Notes: a model not told the origin generated them from the letters alone. DNA of 64,000 nt from a virus (IMGVR_UViG_3300046522_000316:160001-224000); one strand, 5' to 3'. Shown: positions 19,832 through 32,326, counted from the stretch's first letter. Program-made: numbers and translations.

Positions 19832-22800
19832 ATGAGCGAATTAACCATCAGGTCGCCAAATGGCGCGTGGGTTGACATTTGCGCCAGCGAATGGAAAGTT
19901 CTGCAAGACGACGGTACGTGGAAAGAAATTGATCCCGTGAATGATTTGCGCGTTCGTCACGGTTCAAACGATTATTGGCTGCAAATCAATTGTGATCAGG
20001 ACGCGGCTTATTGCCCACCAGAACAATTGGCTGATTGCTGGCCCGGTTACAGCGGCAATTTCGACAGTTCCGAATTCAAACCCGGTGGCCCGACTGGTTA
20101 TTTGGTTTGCGATTGCGACGGACTCAATTGCAAAACGTACACCGGCCACACACCGAGTTATAACGTAAAAGGCGGTCGGTTTATTTCGACCAGTCCTGTC
20201 GTTGAAAAAACAATTGCACAATCGTTGCCGACTACCCTGTTTGGTTCGGAAGCAGAAATCACTGAAGTTTTGGTTTACGCCGGTACACGCAGCGGTCATA
20301 TCGAAGTGTCGCTGCTTGAACTTGATACAGGTGTTCGTGTCCGCGTTTACAACGATTGCATTTTGCTCGGAGATTCCGACGTAAGCGGCGATTATTTCAA
20401 CGTCTTTTTCAACACTGAGCCACCAGAAACAAATGAGGATGATTGCGGCGATCCAATTCCTGCAAACAATTTCCTCACGGTTCGCGTTGACGCACCAGCC
20501 GGTTCGCGCTGGCGTGTAAAACTTGGCGATGTAAACGTCGATCAAATCACAAGTTTTCAACGGCCTGCCCCGTGCTTCGGTACGTTTGGCCCTAACCTGC
20601 CTTGCTTCGTCAACGATGAAAACTATTTGTTGCCGGGTGAAGCTGTTTACGAAAACGTGCATTATTTGCCAACCACTGGCCGCGTCGATATCGACCTGAC
20701 TGTGAACGGTATTGATCCGGTTCATTTCCAAGTGTTTTACAACGGCGGCCTGATCGGTGATTTGGTTACGAATAACACGCCGCAATTAACGCAGGTTGCA
20801 GCAACCCTGACGTTCAACCATAACGTGGTTGGTGGCGATAACTTCGTGGTCATTCGCTACACGGCACCGCGTCAATACAACGATTGGCATTATTCGATTT
20901 TCTGCCCCGGTATGCGCGGCTCGCGAATCAACATGATGGAATGCATGGGTGTACCTGATCCCGTGCCTTACGACGTTCTCTGTCGGCCCCTGAATGATTC
21001 GCTTGATCCATACCACGCAATCGTCAGCCGTGGCGCCCACACCGCAGATATTTATTACAACTACGCGGGTAAAGCTCGCGGCGATATCGTGGTGGAATAT
21101 TTCGCGACGGATGCTGTGCAATTGTTGTTTTATCAAGGCAGTTATCCGAACGAAACTTTGCTGGCTGGTACGGTTTCCACGATCAGCGGACACAATCGTT
21201 TTTACTTCCGTTTCGAACCACAAAACGGATCGGTTGTTCACGTTCGCGTTATCGGCCCGTGCTGCCCGGATTGGGCGTTCACAATGTCGTGCCCGGTTCC
21301 GCCTCCTGTTCTCAATATTCAGGATGCAGAAATTGTTCGCGGATCGAAAGGCCAAACTTCGTATCTGTGTTTTGACGTAGTTTTGGAGAATAAAACTCCG
21401 CGTCGTACCACGTTCAATTGGGACACAACGCCACTCACTGCAATCGTTTCGAATGACGGATCTTGCAGCGTTACCGAAACCGTTCCGAATTCGCCGTTCT
21501 GCAATATCTTGGCGACAGGTTCCGGCGTCGAAGCAGGTTCCACAAACGATACGTGGATTGGTTATTCGTGCTACCGAATTCGTTCGAGTTTGCATAGCCC
21601 GAACTGCGCGGTTGGCGGTCAGTATTACGTTGTCGAAACCGAAATTGAATTGCCGTATTCGGGCACGTACACAATGGTCGGATGTGCGGACGATAACATG
21701 GTCGTTTATCTCGATTGTGTTCCGAAAATGTCTGCGCCTTCGTGGGAATATCCGGTATCGGCTGCAATCTCGGCAAACGCTGGATGGCAAACGCTTTCCA
21801 TCATGTATCAAAACGTCCCGAACTGCACACCGGGTTGGGCGAAACTGGTAATCCTGAATAGCGCGGGTCAGGTTGTTTTTGCGACCAGTCCTTATACGCA
21901 TTTGTGGCGTTCGAAAGTCGGCGGCATCACTGCGAACCCGCCACCGTTGAGCATTACTTACGGCGCGGACTACAACAAAGTTTTGGGCAGCGGTGCAATC
22001 GAAGCCTGTAATCTTTCGACACGTATTTGTGTTCCAGTTTGCGGCACGGATCTAATGGGGCCAGACGTAACCTTTTTGCTTTCGTTGAAAGATTTGACGA
22101 CCGCAGAGCCGGGGAAAATGTCTGCAATCGGCACCATTAAAAACCCGAACCATTTTGAGTGCAGTCAGAATCCGTTGGATGCGGTTTCTGGATATGGCCT
22201 GAACACTTATATCAACCGTGGCGCATACAACATGTACACGGGCGACCTGCTGACCTACGGATCGGGTCAGAAAATCATGGAAGCCGATATCAACATTCCG
22301 GCGTCTGGACTTTATACGTTTTTCTTCCACGGAATGGACAACGCAGTTCTGACAATGGATTGCCAAACCATCGCTACGGTTAGCGGTGCGAATGGTGGTG
22401 TTCGTGCATGGGCGCCAGCGAATAAAGGTTTCCGGAAATTCGCAATTCAGTACGCCATGAACGCATCGAATAGTGCGCGTGCAGGTTACGCAGCACTTGT
22501 GATTATGGATACGCAAAATCGCGTTGTTTACGCGTCGAATCCTGCACACTGGCGCGGCAAAGTTTTGAGCGCAGGCACTCCACCAAGCTGCAACCAATTC
22601 CCGAATACCTGCAACATGACGCCAGCCGGTGGTGCTGCACAATTCGGTGGCGATGCTGGTGTGGGTTATGGAGCGGTTGCAATTTATTCGACGTTGCACG
22701 CTCCACGCTGTGCAGTTGCGAACACGTTCTACACATTGGAACAGCGACTGACATTCCCGGTATCCGGCAATTATATTTTCCGTGGTACGGGCGACGACAC

Positions 22801-23419
22801 GATTGATATTTATGTTGATTGTGCGCTGGCGTTTAGCGGCACGCTCTCAGGTGTTTCGCAAGCTGGTTTTTATGTCGCAGCCGGTAGCCATCTGGTAACA
22901 GTGTCGTACAAAAACATTCCGAACTGCACACCGGGTTATGTGATTTTCGCGATCATTAAACCGGACGGAAATGCAATGTACGCATCGACTCCGGGCGGTT
23001 GGACTTCTGCTGTCGGTTCGTTGAATGGTTTGGGTGTGCCGCTATACAACACGGTTTATCAAGGCCGTTTGATGACGCACATTTCGCCTTCCATTGCATC
23101 GGGCGGGCCTAACTACAATTGGTGGTCGGCTGAACGGGATATCACAATTCCGGCAGACGGAAACTATTACATTGTGGGCGCAGCGGATGATCAGCTAGGC
23201 GTTTATATCGGTTGCCAAGGGCGTGGCATCGGCGGGCAGATTTTCCCGTTGAAAGCAGGCCCGCAAAAAATGCAAATCCGTTGCTACAACTTGAAATCGA
23301 AGAATCCGAACTATTTCTGGTTCACGCTTTATAACTCGGCGGGGCAAGTTGTCTACGACAGCAGCGCAGCCGGTTGGAAAGGCAAATGGACGGATCTGGA
23401 TTTCTCTGGATTGAGCTAA
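19832..23419 (+). CDS. Multidomain adhesin: three Cys-capped repeats, a split Calx-beta domain and four PA14/GLEYA-like domains
   Basis: Four units of the pattern I.(I/L)P.SG.Y......(D)(D/N)...(Y)..C; Calx-beta halves PPVLNIQDAEIV..G and DY....G.....C..VPV.G.D. Confidence 0.75.
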   Translation: MSELTIRSPNGAWVDICASEWKVLQDDGTWKEIDPVNDLRVRHGSNDYWLQINCDQDAAYCPPEQLADCWPGYSGNFDSSEFKPGGPTGYLVCDCDGLNCKTYTGHTPSYNVKGGRFISTSPVVEKTIAQSLPTTLFGSEAEITEVLVYAGTRSGHIEVSLLELDTGVRVRVYNDCILLGDSDVSGDYFNVFFNTEPPETNEDDCGDPIPANNFLTVRVDAPAGSRWRVKLGDVNVDQITSFQRPAPCFGTFGPNLPCFVNDENYLLPGEAVYENVHYLPTTGRVDIDLTVNGIDPVHFQVFYNGGLIGDLVTNNTPQLTQVAATLTFNHNVVGGDNFVVIRYTAPRQYNDWHYSIFCPGMRGSRINMMECMGVPDPVPYDVLCRPLNDSLDPYHAIVSRGAHTADIYYNYAGKARGDIVVEYFATDAVQLLFYQGSYPNETLLAGTVSTISGHNRFYFRFEPQNGSVVHVRVIGPCCPDWAFTMSCPVPPPVLNIQDAEIVRGSKGQTSYLCFDVVLENKTPRRTTFNWDTTPLTAIVSNDGSCSVTETVPNSPFCNILATGSGVEAGSTNDTWIGYSCYRIRSSLHSPNCAVGGQYYVVETEIELPYSGTYTMVGCADDNMVVYLDCVPKMSAPSWEYPVSAAISANAGWQTLSIMYQNVPNCTPGWAKLVILNSAGQVVFATSPYTHLWRSKVGGITANPPPLSITYGADYNKVLGSGAIEACNLSTRICVPVCGTDLMGPDVTFLLSLKDLTTAEPGKMSAIGTIKNPNHFECSQNPLDAVSGYGLNTYINRGAYNMYTGDLLTYGSGQKIMEADINIPASGLYTFFFHGMDNAVLTMDCQTIATVSGANGGVRAWAPANKGFRKFAIQYAMNASNSARAGYAALVIMDTQNRVVYASNPAHWRGKVLSAGTPPSCNQFPNTCNMTPAGGAAQFGGDAGVGYGAVAIYSTLHAPRCAVANTFYTLEQRLTFPVSGNYIFRGTGDDTIDIYVDCALAFSGTLSGVSQAGFYVAAGSHLVTVSYKNIPNCTPGYVIFAIIKPDGNAMYASTPGGWTSAVGSLNGLGVPLYNTVYQGRLMTHISPSIASGGPNYNWWSAERDITIPADGNYYIVGAADDQLGVYIGCQGRGIGGQIFPLKAGPQKMQIRCYNLKSKNPNYFWFTLYNSAGQVVYDSSAAGWKGKWTDLDFSGLS

Positions 23420-23430
23420 GGTGAAAATAC

Positions 23431-25467
<2,037 letters not shown>

Positions 25468-25472
25468 TGACG

Positions 25473-25502
25473 AAAAGGGGCCTATTTTTTGGCCCCTTTT
25501 TT
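25473..25502 (+). terminator. Intrinsic terminator
   Basis: AAAAGGGGCC-TATTTTTT-GGCCCCTTTTTT. Confidence 0.8.
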
Positions 25503-25512
25503 GGAGTTTTTT

Positions 25513-28500
25513 ATGGCAGTGATTAAACTAAACGGCACGGCGCTCGCCTCTTCGCAATGGAACGATTTCGGAACCATTGCAGCAATTAACGACGGCAACA
25601 ACGCAACCGGTTGGTCTGGTGGTGGCGTTGGTGTTACGACCGACTGGGCCGCAATTCAATTTGCAGGCGCAGAAAAAGCAAAACAAGTAGACGCCTATTT
25701 CTATTCGTGGGGCAACACGATTGTAATCGGCTATTCGAATACTGCACCAACTTCGAAAGCAAGTTTTACCGTCGTCAGAACAATTGATGTTCGCGTAGAT
25801 CAGAATGATGACCTCGGTGTACCGTGGGCGCGACTGACAAAAAACACGATTATTTTGCCGGGTGATTCTGCTGGTGTGTATTGGGGTATTTATACCAACG
25901 ACGTAGGGCCGGGCAGACTCGGATTTAACGGCGGTGGCCTCGACCGCGCACGCATCATGGAATTGAATTTCTACAAAGATGACGTGATTGTTCCAGCACT
26001 GCCAGCCGGGCCAAATCCGAAACCACCGGTCACAACACCGACCAGCCCATTTGCAACAACGCCCGGTGGTTGGACACGAACTGAAATTGCTGCAAATGGA
26101 ACTGGCACGTTCACACCGGGCATTGATACGACGCTTATTGTTGTCGGCCTACAGGGCGCGGGTGCGGGCGGTCGGCCAAACGTTTCTGTAACCGGTCAAA
26201 CAACGCTGAATGATTCCACATTAAACGGCGGCGATACTTTTATTTCCAATGCAAATGGAGTTATTGCAAATGCTCCGGGCGCTATCGGAAATGTTCTTCC
26301 TTTTCCTGCGAAATTTGCGGGAAATTTGGGAACGCCTTGTGATTGGTTGCGGGCAATTGATAACAGCGCTCGCGCAGGTGGAACAACGGCAGTCGGATCT
26401 AACACCGGCACAGGCGGTGGGCAATCCTTAACAAGCGGCGTGGCGGGTGCAGCACTTACGCTCGCTGTGCAATATACAAACGGCCCGGTTACAGCGACCA
26501 CGACATTTACGGGAGCCGCTGCACTTCCGTTTACGCCGACTTATGTAAATGCGAGCCGCGTTTCCGGAACAGGTTTAACGACCTCGAACGGCTTGGCGCC
26601 ATCCGCTGGAAATCCAACAACGGGTTCCATCGAATTCGCATTTAAAGCGTATGCAGGCCAACAATTCACCGTCAACACCATTGCAATTGCGCCAGCGGGA
26701 GCCTGTACGCTCACGTATTATTTGAACGGCGTCGCAAAAGGAACAATTGTACAATCGGTGGGTAACGCAGTTCCTGTAGTTTTCACGGCTGAAGTTGACG
26801 GCACGCAAACCGTTAAATTCGAACTGATTATTACCGCAACAACAGGCACCGTTCCATTCCTCCGCATTTCGACTATGACGGTGGTTGGCGTAGGTCAGGC
26901 GGGTGCGCAGTCTGGTGCATCTGGTCGCGCATCGACGTTTATGTTTTTGCCGGAAACTTTCACTTATACCGTTGGTAAAGGCGGTGTAGGTCAACCCGGT
27001 GGTCAGGCTGTAAACGCAACGCATAACGGCACGCGTGGTTCTGGTGGCGGCGTGGGCGGTAACGGCGGCGATGGTGTAATCGTTATTTACGAATACAAAT
27101 CTCCATTGCCTTTGGAAAAAGCACCCCAACCGCTTTTCCCGAATTACAACGTAGCACTGGCCTCTGAAGTTTTGGCAGCATACCGCACAAACTATTTCGG
27201 TAGCTCTTCGAACGCTGCGGGTTTGGGTTGGAAAACTGCCACTTCTTTTACGCATAAACTTCGACCGCGCACGAAAAACGTTATTGCTCTTTTAACTGGC
27301 CCCGGTGGTCAGTGGCGCAGTCCGACACCTATTCTTTCTCCCGATCAATCGTTGCATACGGTTCTTACCAGCGGCACGCTCGTTAATACGGCGGAATCTG
27401 GCTGGACTGGTCAAACGTTTGGTGGTTCCACTGCGAATGGCGGCGTCGGCGGAATTATGCAGGACGGCGACAACGTTCTGTTTGCGGGACGCGGTACAAC
27501 GGGTCAGGGTACAGGCGGTTCTGATCAAAACCCCTCGGTTATTGCTGGCGGTTATGGTACTGGTGCGCAATCCAGTTATTTGTCGTTGGGCGGTGGCGGT
27601 TGTGGTGGTTACGGTCTGGTAATTATTCCAGCCTCACAATTTCCTGCTGATCGCACGTTGCAATTGCAGGTCGGTAACACCAACACGTCGGCGGGTGCAG
27701 GTGCAATTTTCCTGTACGAAACTGAATCGGATAACACGCCGTTTATTACGCAATTGGCGGAAGAAATTCTGTTCCAAAGCGGAATTGCAGCAACCGTAAC
27801 AACGCAGACCGCTGAACAGGTTTTGCTGAAGCAAACTAGCGCCGGTTCGAACATTTCGCAAACGTCGGAAAATATTCTCTACAAAGAATCCGACAGCACG
27901 AACAATATGCAAGTTTCGCACGCGCATATGGCGTTTGTTGTTGATGCCGACGATCCTGCCACGACCGTTACGCAGAACTCCGAAAACATTCTGTACCGTC
28001 AAGGCCCTGCATCGACATTTGTTTCGGTTGCAGCAGAAAACGTATTTATGCGCACGGGCACCCTGCCGTTTCGCATTAGCAGCACAGTGGAAATGGTTTT
28101 CGCCGCTGAATTGCCTTCCGTTTTCTGGTTGAATTTCGGCACCATTCAATATCCGTTGATTCGTAAATCCTACGATTCACAAATTGGCCGTGCAACCTCG
28201 GTTCAACCGGGCGCGTATATTCAATTGGAATCGCCGCACATGGATGGCACGACGCTGGTTGTTAACGGCGTGGAAGTGGGATTGAGTTCACCGGTTTCGA
28301 ATAACGATCAAATCCTTGTTCGCGGCGGCGTTACCAACTTTTTCCAAACGGAAATGAACGTCTACACCTACTACACGAAGAACGGACAAATCGCCCGTGA
28401 ATTGGTAGGTCAATGGAAATTCACACGTGAGCCGCTGACGCCAACAATCAGCCGCAAATACAGCGTGCCTTACACGAATACACAATGGATTAAAACCGGC

Positions 28501-29649
28501 GCCAATTATGGATTCGGCAATAATATTCCGTTGTGGACGCGTGCCCTTTCTGCAATCGGTGCAACATTGTCCGCGTTGTTTAGCAAAGCAATGACCAGCA
28601 TTTTCAGCGGAAATGGTGCGGTGGTTAGTCAGAATAATCACGATACATTCGCCGGGCCGACAGCAGAATTTACACAGGCTGATGCTGCCTATGCTGAAGG
28701 CGCAAAATCCATGATCACAAAAGCTCAAGAAGTTTTGGGCGAACAGATTGGTGGTGCTGGCGCAGCTGCCCCGCATGTAAATCTTCAGGCGTGGGATGGA
28801 TACACTCAAATGATTCCGGGCGCAGAGCCTGTAACCATGCTCGAATTTGAGCGAGTGCAGCAACACATTGACCATTACGAAAACACAGATTTCGTTGGCG
28901 ATATGCACGCAGGTTTCGGCGTGTGGACAGCCATTGATTATCTGACCGGCAACCCTGTCGGATTCGGAAAGGTCGCAAAAGAATACGAATATAACGCTGT
29001 CGGAAAATCCTATTCTTCTGAACAGGAATATACCGCGATCTATAACAGCGGCACGGGCAAACCGTTCTCGATGGGCTTCATTGGAACAATTGCCTATTCG
29101 GTTCTGGCTGGCGTTTCGTACACCAAAAACTCCGGCATTGGCACCGGCAATTGGTTGATGCCCGAAGGACAGGCTGATATTGCGCGGGCCGGTTTCGGTT
29201 TCGTGACAATGAATAGTGCAGAGCGTGCAATTGCGCATCCGCATTTGGCTGATCGTGGTGTTGAACGAAACGGCGAAATGAATCAGGGGTATTTTGAAAC
29301 CAGTCCGATTATGCACATTGTTGGGTTTGGATCGTTTGAACAATCGGTTGTAAAATCTTCGGTTAATTCCGGAACGTTTGTTCAGGGCGTTATCCACACA
29401 CGGCAATATTCGGCACTGGCAAACCTGACTGCCTATCGACCGGCAGAAGCAATTAGTGGGCGCGACAAAGCATCGTTGTACATGGGCTTCGATACGTTGC
29501 AGGATGTTCAAGATTTCACCGAACAGTATTCCGGCGTAACGACTCTGGCCGCGTACAATGGCTATGTCTACAACCTTGCAGTAGATAAATCGTTTGTTTG
29601 CGAAATCTATTTCAACGGCCCTATTTCCGGTCTTATTCAAGGTGGTTAA
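25513..29649 (+). CDS. Large fibre/structural protein (about 1378 aa) with a discoidin-like N-terminus, Gly-rich domains and 19-aa repeats
   Basis: ASSQW...INDGN..TGW...W..I.F pattern (F5/8C-like); LQGAGAGG and VGKGG Gly-rich blocks; repeated (I/V)(T/S)Q..E.IL units. Confidence 0.65.
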   Translation: MAVIKLNGTALASSQWNDFGTIAAINDGNNATGWSGGGVGVTTDWAAIQFAGAEKAKQVDAYFYSWGNTIVIGYSNTAPTSKASFTVVRTIDVRVDQNDDLGVPWARLTKNTIILPGDSAGVYWGIYTNDVGPGRLGFNGGGLDRARIMELNFYKDDVIVPALPAGPNPKPPVTTPTSPFATTPGGWTRTEIAANGTGTFTPGIDTTLIVVGLQGAGAGGRPNVSVTGQTTLNDSTLNGGDTFISNANGVIANAPGAIGNVLPFPAKFAGNLGTPCDWLRAIDNSARAGGTTAVGSNTGTGGGQSLTSGVAGAALTLAVQYTNGPVTATTTFTGAAALPFTPTYVNASRVSGTGLTTSNGLAPSAGNPTTGSIEFAFKAYAGQQFTVNTIAIAPAGACTLTYYLNGVAKGTIVQSVGNAVPVVFTAEVDGTQTVKFELIITATTGTVPFLRISTMTVVGVGQAGAQSGASGRASTFMFLPETFTYTVGKGGVGQPGGQAVNATHNGTRGSGGGVGGNGGDGVIVIYEYKSPLPLEKAPQPLFPNYNVALASEVLAAYRTNYFGSSSNAAGLGWKTATSFTHKLRPRTKNVIALLTGPGGQWRSPTPILSPDQSLHTVLTSGTLVNTAESGWTGQTFGGSTANGGVGGIMQDGDNVLFAGRGTTGQGTGGSDQNPSVIAGGYGTGAQSSYLSLGGGGCGGYGLVIIPASQFPADRTLQLQVGNTNTSAGAGAIFLYETESDNTPFITQLAEEILFQSGIAATVTTQTAEQVLLKQTSAGSNISQTSENILYKESDSTNNMQVSHAHMAFVVDADDPATTVTQNSENILYRQGPASTFVSVAAENVFMRTGTLPFRISSTVEMVFAAELPSVFWLNFGTIQYPLIRKSYDSQIGRATSVQPGAYIQLESPHMDGTTLVVNGVEVGLSSPVSNNDQILVRGGVTNFFQTEMNVYTYYTKNGQIARELVGQWKFTREPLTPTISRKYSVPYTNTQWIKTGANYGFGNNIPLWTRALSAIGATLSALFSKAMTSIFSGNGAVVSQNNHDTFAGPTAEFTQADAAYAEGAKSMITKAQEVLGEQIGGAGAAAPHVNLQAWDGYTQMIPGAEPVTMLEFERVQQHIDHYENTDFVGDMHAGFGVWTAIDYLTGNPVGFGKVAKEYEYNAVGKSYSSEQEYTAIYNSGTGKPFSMGFIGTIAYSVLAGVSYTKNSGIGTGNWLMPEGQADIARAGFGFVTMNSAERAIAHPHLADRGVERNGEMNQGYFETSPIMHIVGFGSFEQSVVKSSVNSGTFVQGVIHTRQYSALANLTAYRPAEAISGRDKASLYMGFDTLQDVQDFTEQYSGVTTLAAYNGYVYNLAVDKSFVCEIYFNGPISGLIQGG

Positions 29650-29675
29650 TTTAATAGAAACGTTGGAGAACTCAC

Positions 29676-30098
29676 ATGGCGCTTACACCAGTAAAAAAGC
29701 TAAGTGAAGTCGGCAACCGAGTACGCAAGAATTTCGAATTGAAAACCTTGCTACTCGCCCCCAACGCTTCTGAATCTTTTGTGATTGATAGCGGTTCGTC
29801 CGCTATCGTCCAAAGGCTGGAAGTTAGTGGGCCGTGCGTGGTTGAAGTTTTCGGAACAGAAACACACAATCCGATCATTGATAAAACCCCGTATAAGTTT
29901 GTCGCCGTCGCTGGCCATCTTGTGGATGATGGCTCAACAACCCTTCGGGATGGAACCGTAATCAAATCGCGGCAATATTCGATTTTTGTGAATTTGGAAA
30001 ACCCGATCCGCCCGCAGGTGTACGGTCAAATCACGAACTCGCAGCCGGTCGCAGCCAGTATCACAATTAAACTTATGTACCTGACCGTCGAGGATTAA
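29676..30098 (+). CDS. Putative virion structural protein (140 aa)
   Basis: Good RBS (GGAG), beta-rich, in the structural operon. Confidence 0.6.
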   Translation: MALTPVKKLSEVGNRVRKNFELKTLLLAPNASESFVIDSGSSAIVQRLEVSGPCVVEVFGTETHNPIIDKTPYKFVAVAGHLVDDGSTTLRDGTVIKSRQYSIFVNLENPIRPQVYGQITNSQPVAASITIKLMYLTVED

Positions 30099-30100
30099 AA

Positions 30101-31261
30101 ATGGGTATCGCACTTCTGAAAGAAGGATTCACCACGTCGGGCGCTGTCACGCTCGAAGTGATTGATAAAATGCTGGCGAATGGTTTTAAACCCATTTTCC
30201 CAGTTGATGGAACGAATGCCTACGTCAAACCAACCGGCGCAACCGCCGAGAAATTCATCGTGATTTTGGAAGCCGGGCCGACTGTTGACCCGTTGAATCC
30301 ATTGGTTCCGGTACAGGGCGTTCCTAACCAACCGTGGCGCGTTGCTTTCCACGTAACCGATAACGCAACGATGGGTGTTTTTGTCGGTTCTGCGCCTGCA
30401 CTTCCTGCAAGCGGCCAGCTGCCATTTACCACGGCTTCCGTAACCGAAACCACTACCACCACAACCCGCATCGTCGGCGCGAAAGGTATTGTTGGTGCGG
30501 ATTACACGCCGCCGAAAGTAAGCCAGCAAGCAAACCTGCCGTACTTCGTTGACGCCGCAGCTTTCGCCCCACACTGGAACCAAAAAACGGAAGGTTTCAT
30601 TAACCGCCGTACAAAAGTTTGGGTAGGTGCTGTCACCAATAGCGCAGTCGCACAAACTGAAACCGCGCCGGTTTATCCAGCCGATCCAGCGAAAGACGTT
30701 TCCGCAACTTTCCCGATGACGTATTACCTCGCGATTACTGATCGCGGTTTCTACCTGTCGATTTGGGAAGGTTCGGCTGCTGACATGAACGGTTCCAACT
30801 TTTCGTGGGTTCTGGTTCAGCGTCCGGTCAAGCGTGACACTGGTCTGGTTGTCACCGAAGGTAAAGCACCGGTTTTCTGCGTTAGTTCCGTGGGCAACGA
30901 AATCAATCGTTTCATCGTTCGCGAAGTTGACGTAACCGATGCGTCCGCGATTATCAGTGCCACCGAAGATTCGAAAGACGGCACCGCAATTATCAACGAC
31001 AAAAAACAAGTCGGTGTTTCCGAAAATAACCAGTACATCGTTAACTATCCGTCGCGCCTGAATACTCCGCGCTACGCATACACCTACGAACTAGACATGA
31101 TCGGTTACGCATCGGCTACCGTGATTTCCGGCACCACGGAAGTTCCGCAAACCCTGTACGGTGAAGCAACGCCGCGTACTTACATCGGCATGCATTCCAA
31201 CCTGCCAGCAAACAACGGCATGCGCATTGTCGCCCTGAAGAAAGGCGCGGGCATCGCGTAA
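30101..31261 (+). CDS. Putative virion structural protein, paralog A
   Basis: Co-linear with 31274: FPMTY, QRPV, GKAPVFCV, INRF.VRE.DV, SRLNT.RYAYTYELDM.GY, N.GMRIV. Confidence 0.7.
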   Translation: MGIALLKEGFTTSGAVTLEVIDKMLANGFKPIFPVDGTNAYVKPTGATAEKFIVILEAGPTVDPLNPLVPVQGVPNQPWRVAFHVTDNATMGVFVGSAPALPASGQLPFTTASVTETTTTTTRIVGAKGIVGADYTPPKVSQQANLPYFVDAAAFAPHWNQKTEGFINRRTKVWVGAVTNSAVAQTETAPVYPADPAKDVSATFPMTYYLAITDRGFYLSIWEGSAADMNGSNFSWVLVQRPVKRDTGLVVTEGKAPVFCVSSVGNEINRFIVREVDVTDASAIISATEDSKDGTAIINDKKQVGVSENNQYIVNYPSRLNTPRYAYTYELDMIGYASATVISGTTEVPQTLYGEATPRTYIGMHSNLPANNGMRIVALKKGAGIA

Positions 31262-31273
31262 GGAGAGAAATAA

Positions 31274-32326
31274 ATGGCAGTTTCCGGATTTTATGTTCGC
31301 CGCAGCGGTTACACGCACGTTGGCGAATTGATGTTGGCAGTAATCAACGACCTGACCACGAATGGTTTTGTCGCACGTTTTCCAGCCGCTTGGGTTCCAC
31401 CAGTTGACGTGCCGGGCCGTTCCGCTTTCAAAGTTACTTTGGAAGCAAGCGAAACCGTTGACCCGCTGAATGCTACCGCGTTGCAAAATAAACAACCGTG
31501 GCGCGTTCAGATTCAGGTTTTCGACAAACACACCGCAGGCTTTACCGCAGGTTCGCAGCAATCTTTGCGCACCGATGGTTCGGCCAGCTACGGCACCCAA
31601 GGCACCACCACGAAAACCCTGAAAGGCCCGCTCGGTGCGGTCGGCGGTTACTACACGAAAAACCCTGCTGATATCGCGACGTTTGCACCAGACCCAACCA
31701 AACCGGCAGAAGGTTTTATCAACCGTAGTTCCCGCGTGCTGTTGGGCGCTGTCGATTTGTCCGATAGTTTCCCAATGACTTATTCGCTTTCGATCACTCC
31801 GCGTGGCGTGTCGTTGTGCATTTGGGAAGACTACGTTTCTGACAGCGGCGCCACCGCCGTTTCGTGGGTTGTGATTCAGCGCCCGGTTGCACGTGAAAAC
31901 GGCCAAATCGTTATCACAGGTAAAGCGCCGGTCTTCTGCGTTTACAGCACGAACGGAACCATTAACCGTTTTGTCGTGCGTGAAGCTGACGTGCTGCGCC
32001 CTTCGGATTCCGTTGACGCAACCAAAGACACGGATTACAACAACGCTATTATCAACGCCTTGGAGCAAGTTGCAATTTCCGAGGGTAATAAATACGTTGT
32101 TTCTTTCATGTCGCGTCTGAACACCACGCGTTACGCCTACACCTACGAACTGGATATGGTCGGCTACACTTCGGCAGACGTTGTGTCGGAAAACACCGAT
32201 ATTCCTCTTCGTGTTTACGGCGAAACTGCTGACCGTAAATATGTTTCGCTTCTGGCGAACGGTGCGAATAACACCGGCATGCGTATCGTGACCATCAAGG
32301 AAGGCGGCGGTATTTCGCTGACCTAA
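31274..32326 (+). CDS. Putative virion structural protein, paralog B
   Basis: Shares the same motif series with 30101. Confidence 0.7.
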   Translation: MAVSGFYVRRSGYTHVGELMLAVINDLTTNGFVARFPAAWVPPVDVPGRSAFKVTLEASETVDPLNATALQNKQPWRVQIQVFDKHTAGFTAGSQQSLRTDGSASYGTQGTTTKTLKGPLGAVGGYYTKNPADIATFAPDPTKPAEGFINRSSRVLLGAVDLSDSFPMTYSLSITPRGVSLCIWEDYVSDSGATAVSWVVIQRPVARENGQIVITGKAPVFCVYSTNGTINRFVVREADVLRPSDSVDATKDTDYNNAIINALEQVAISEGNKYVVSFMSRLNTTRYAYTYELDMVGYTSADVVSENTDIPLRVYGETADRKYVSLLANGANNTGMRIVTIKEGGGISLT

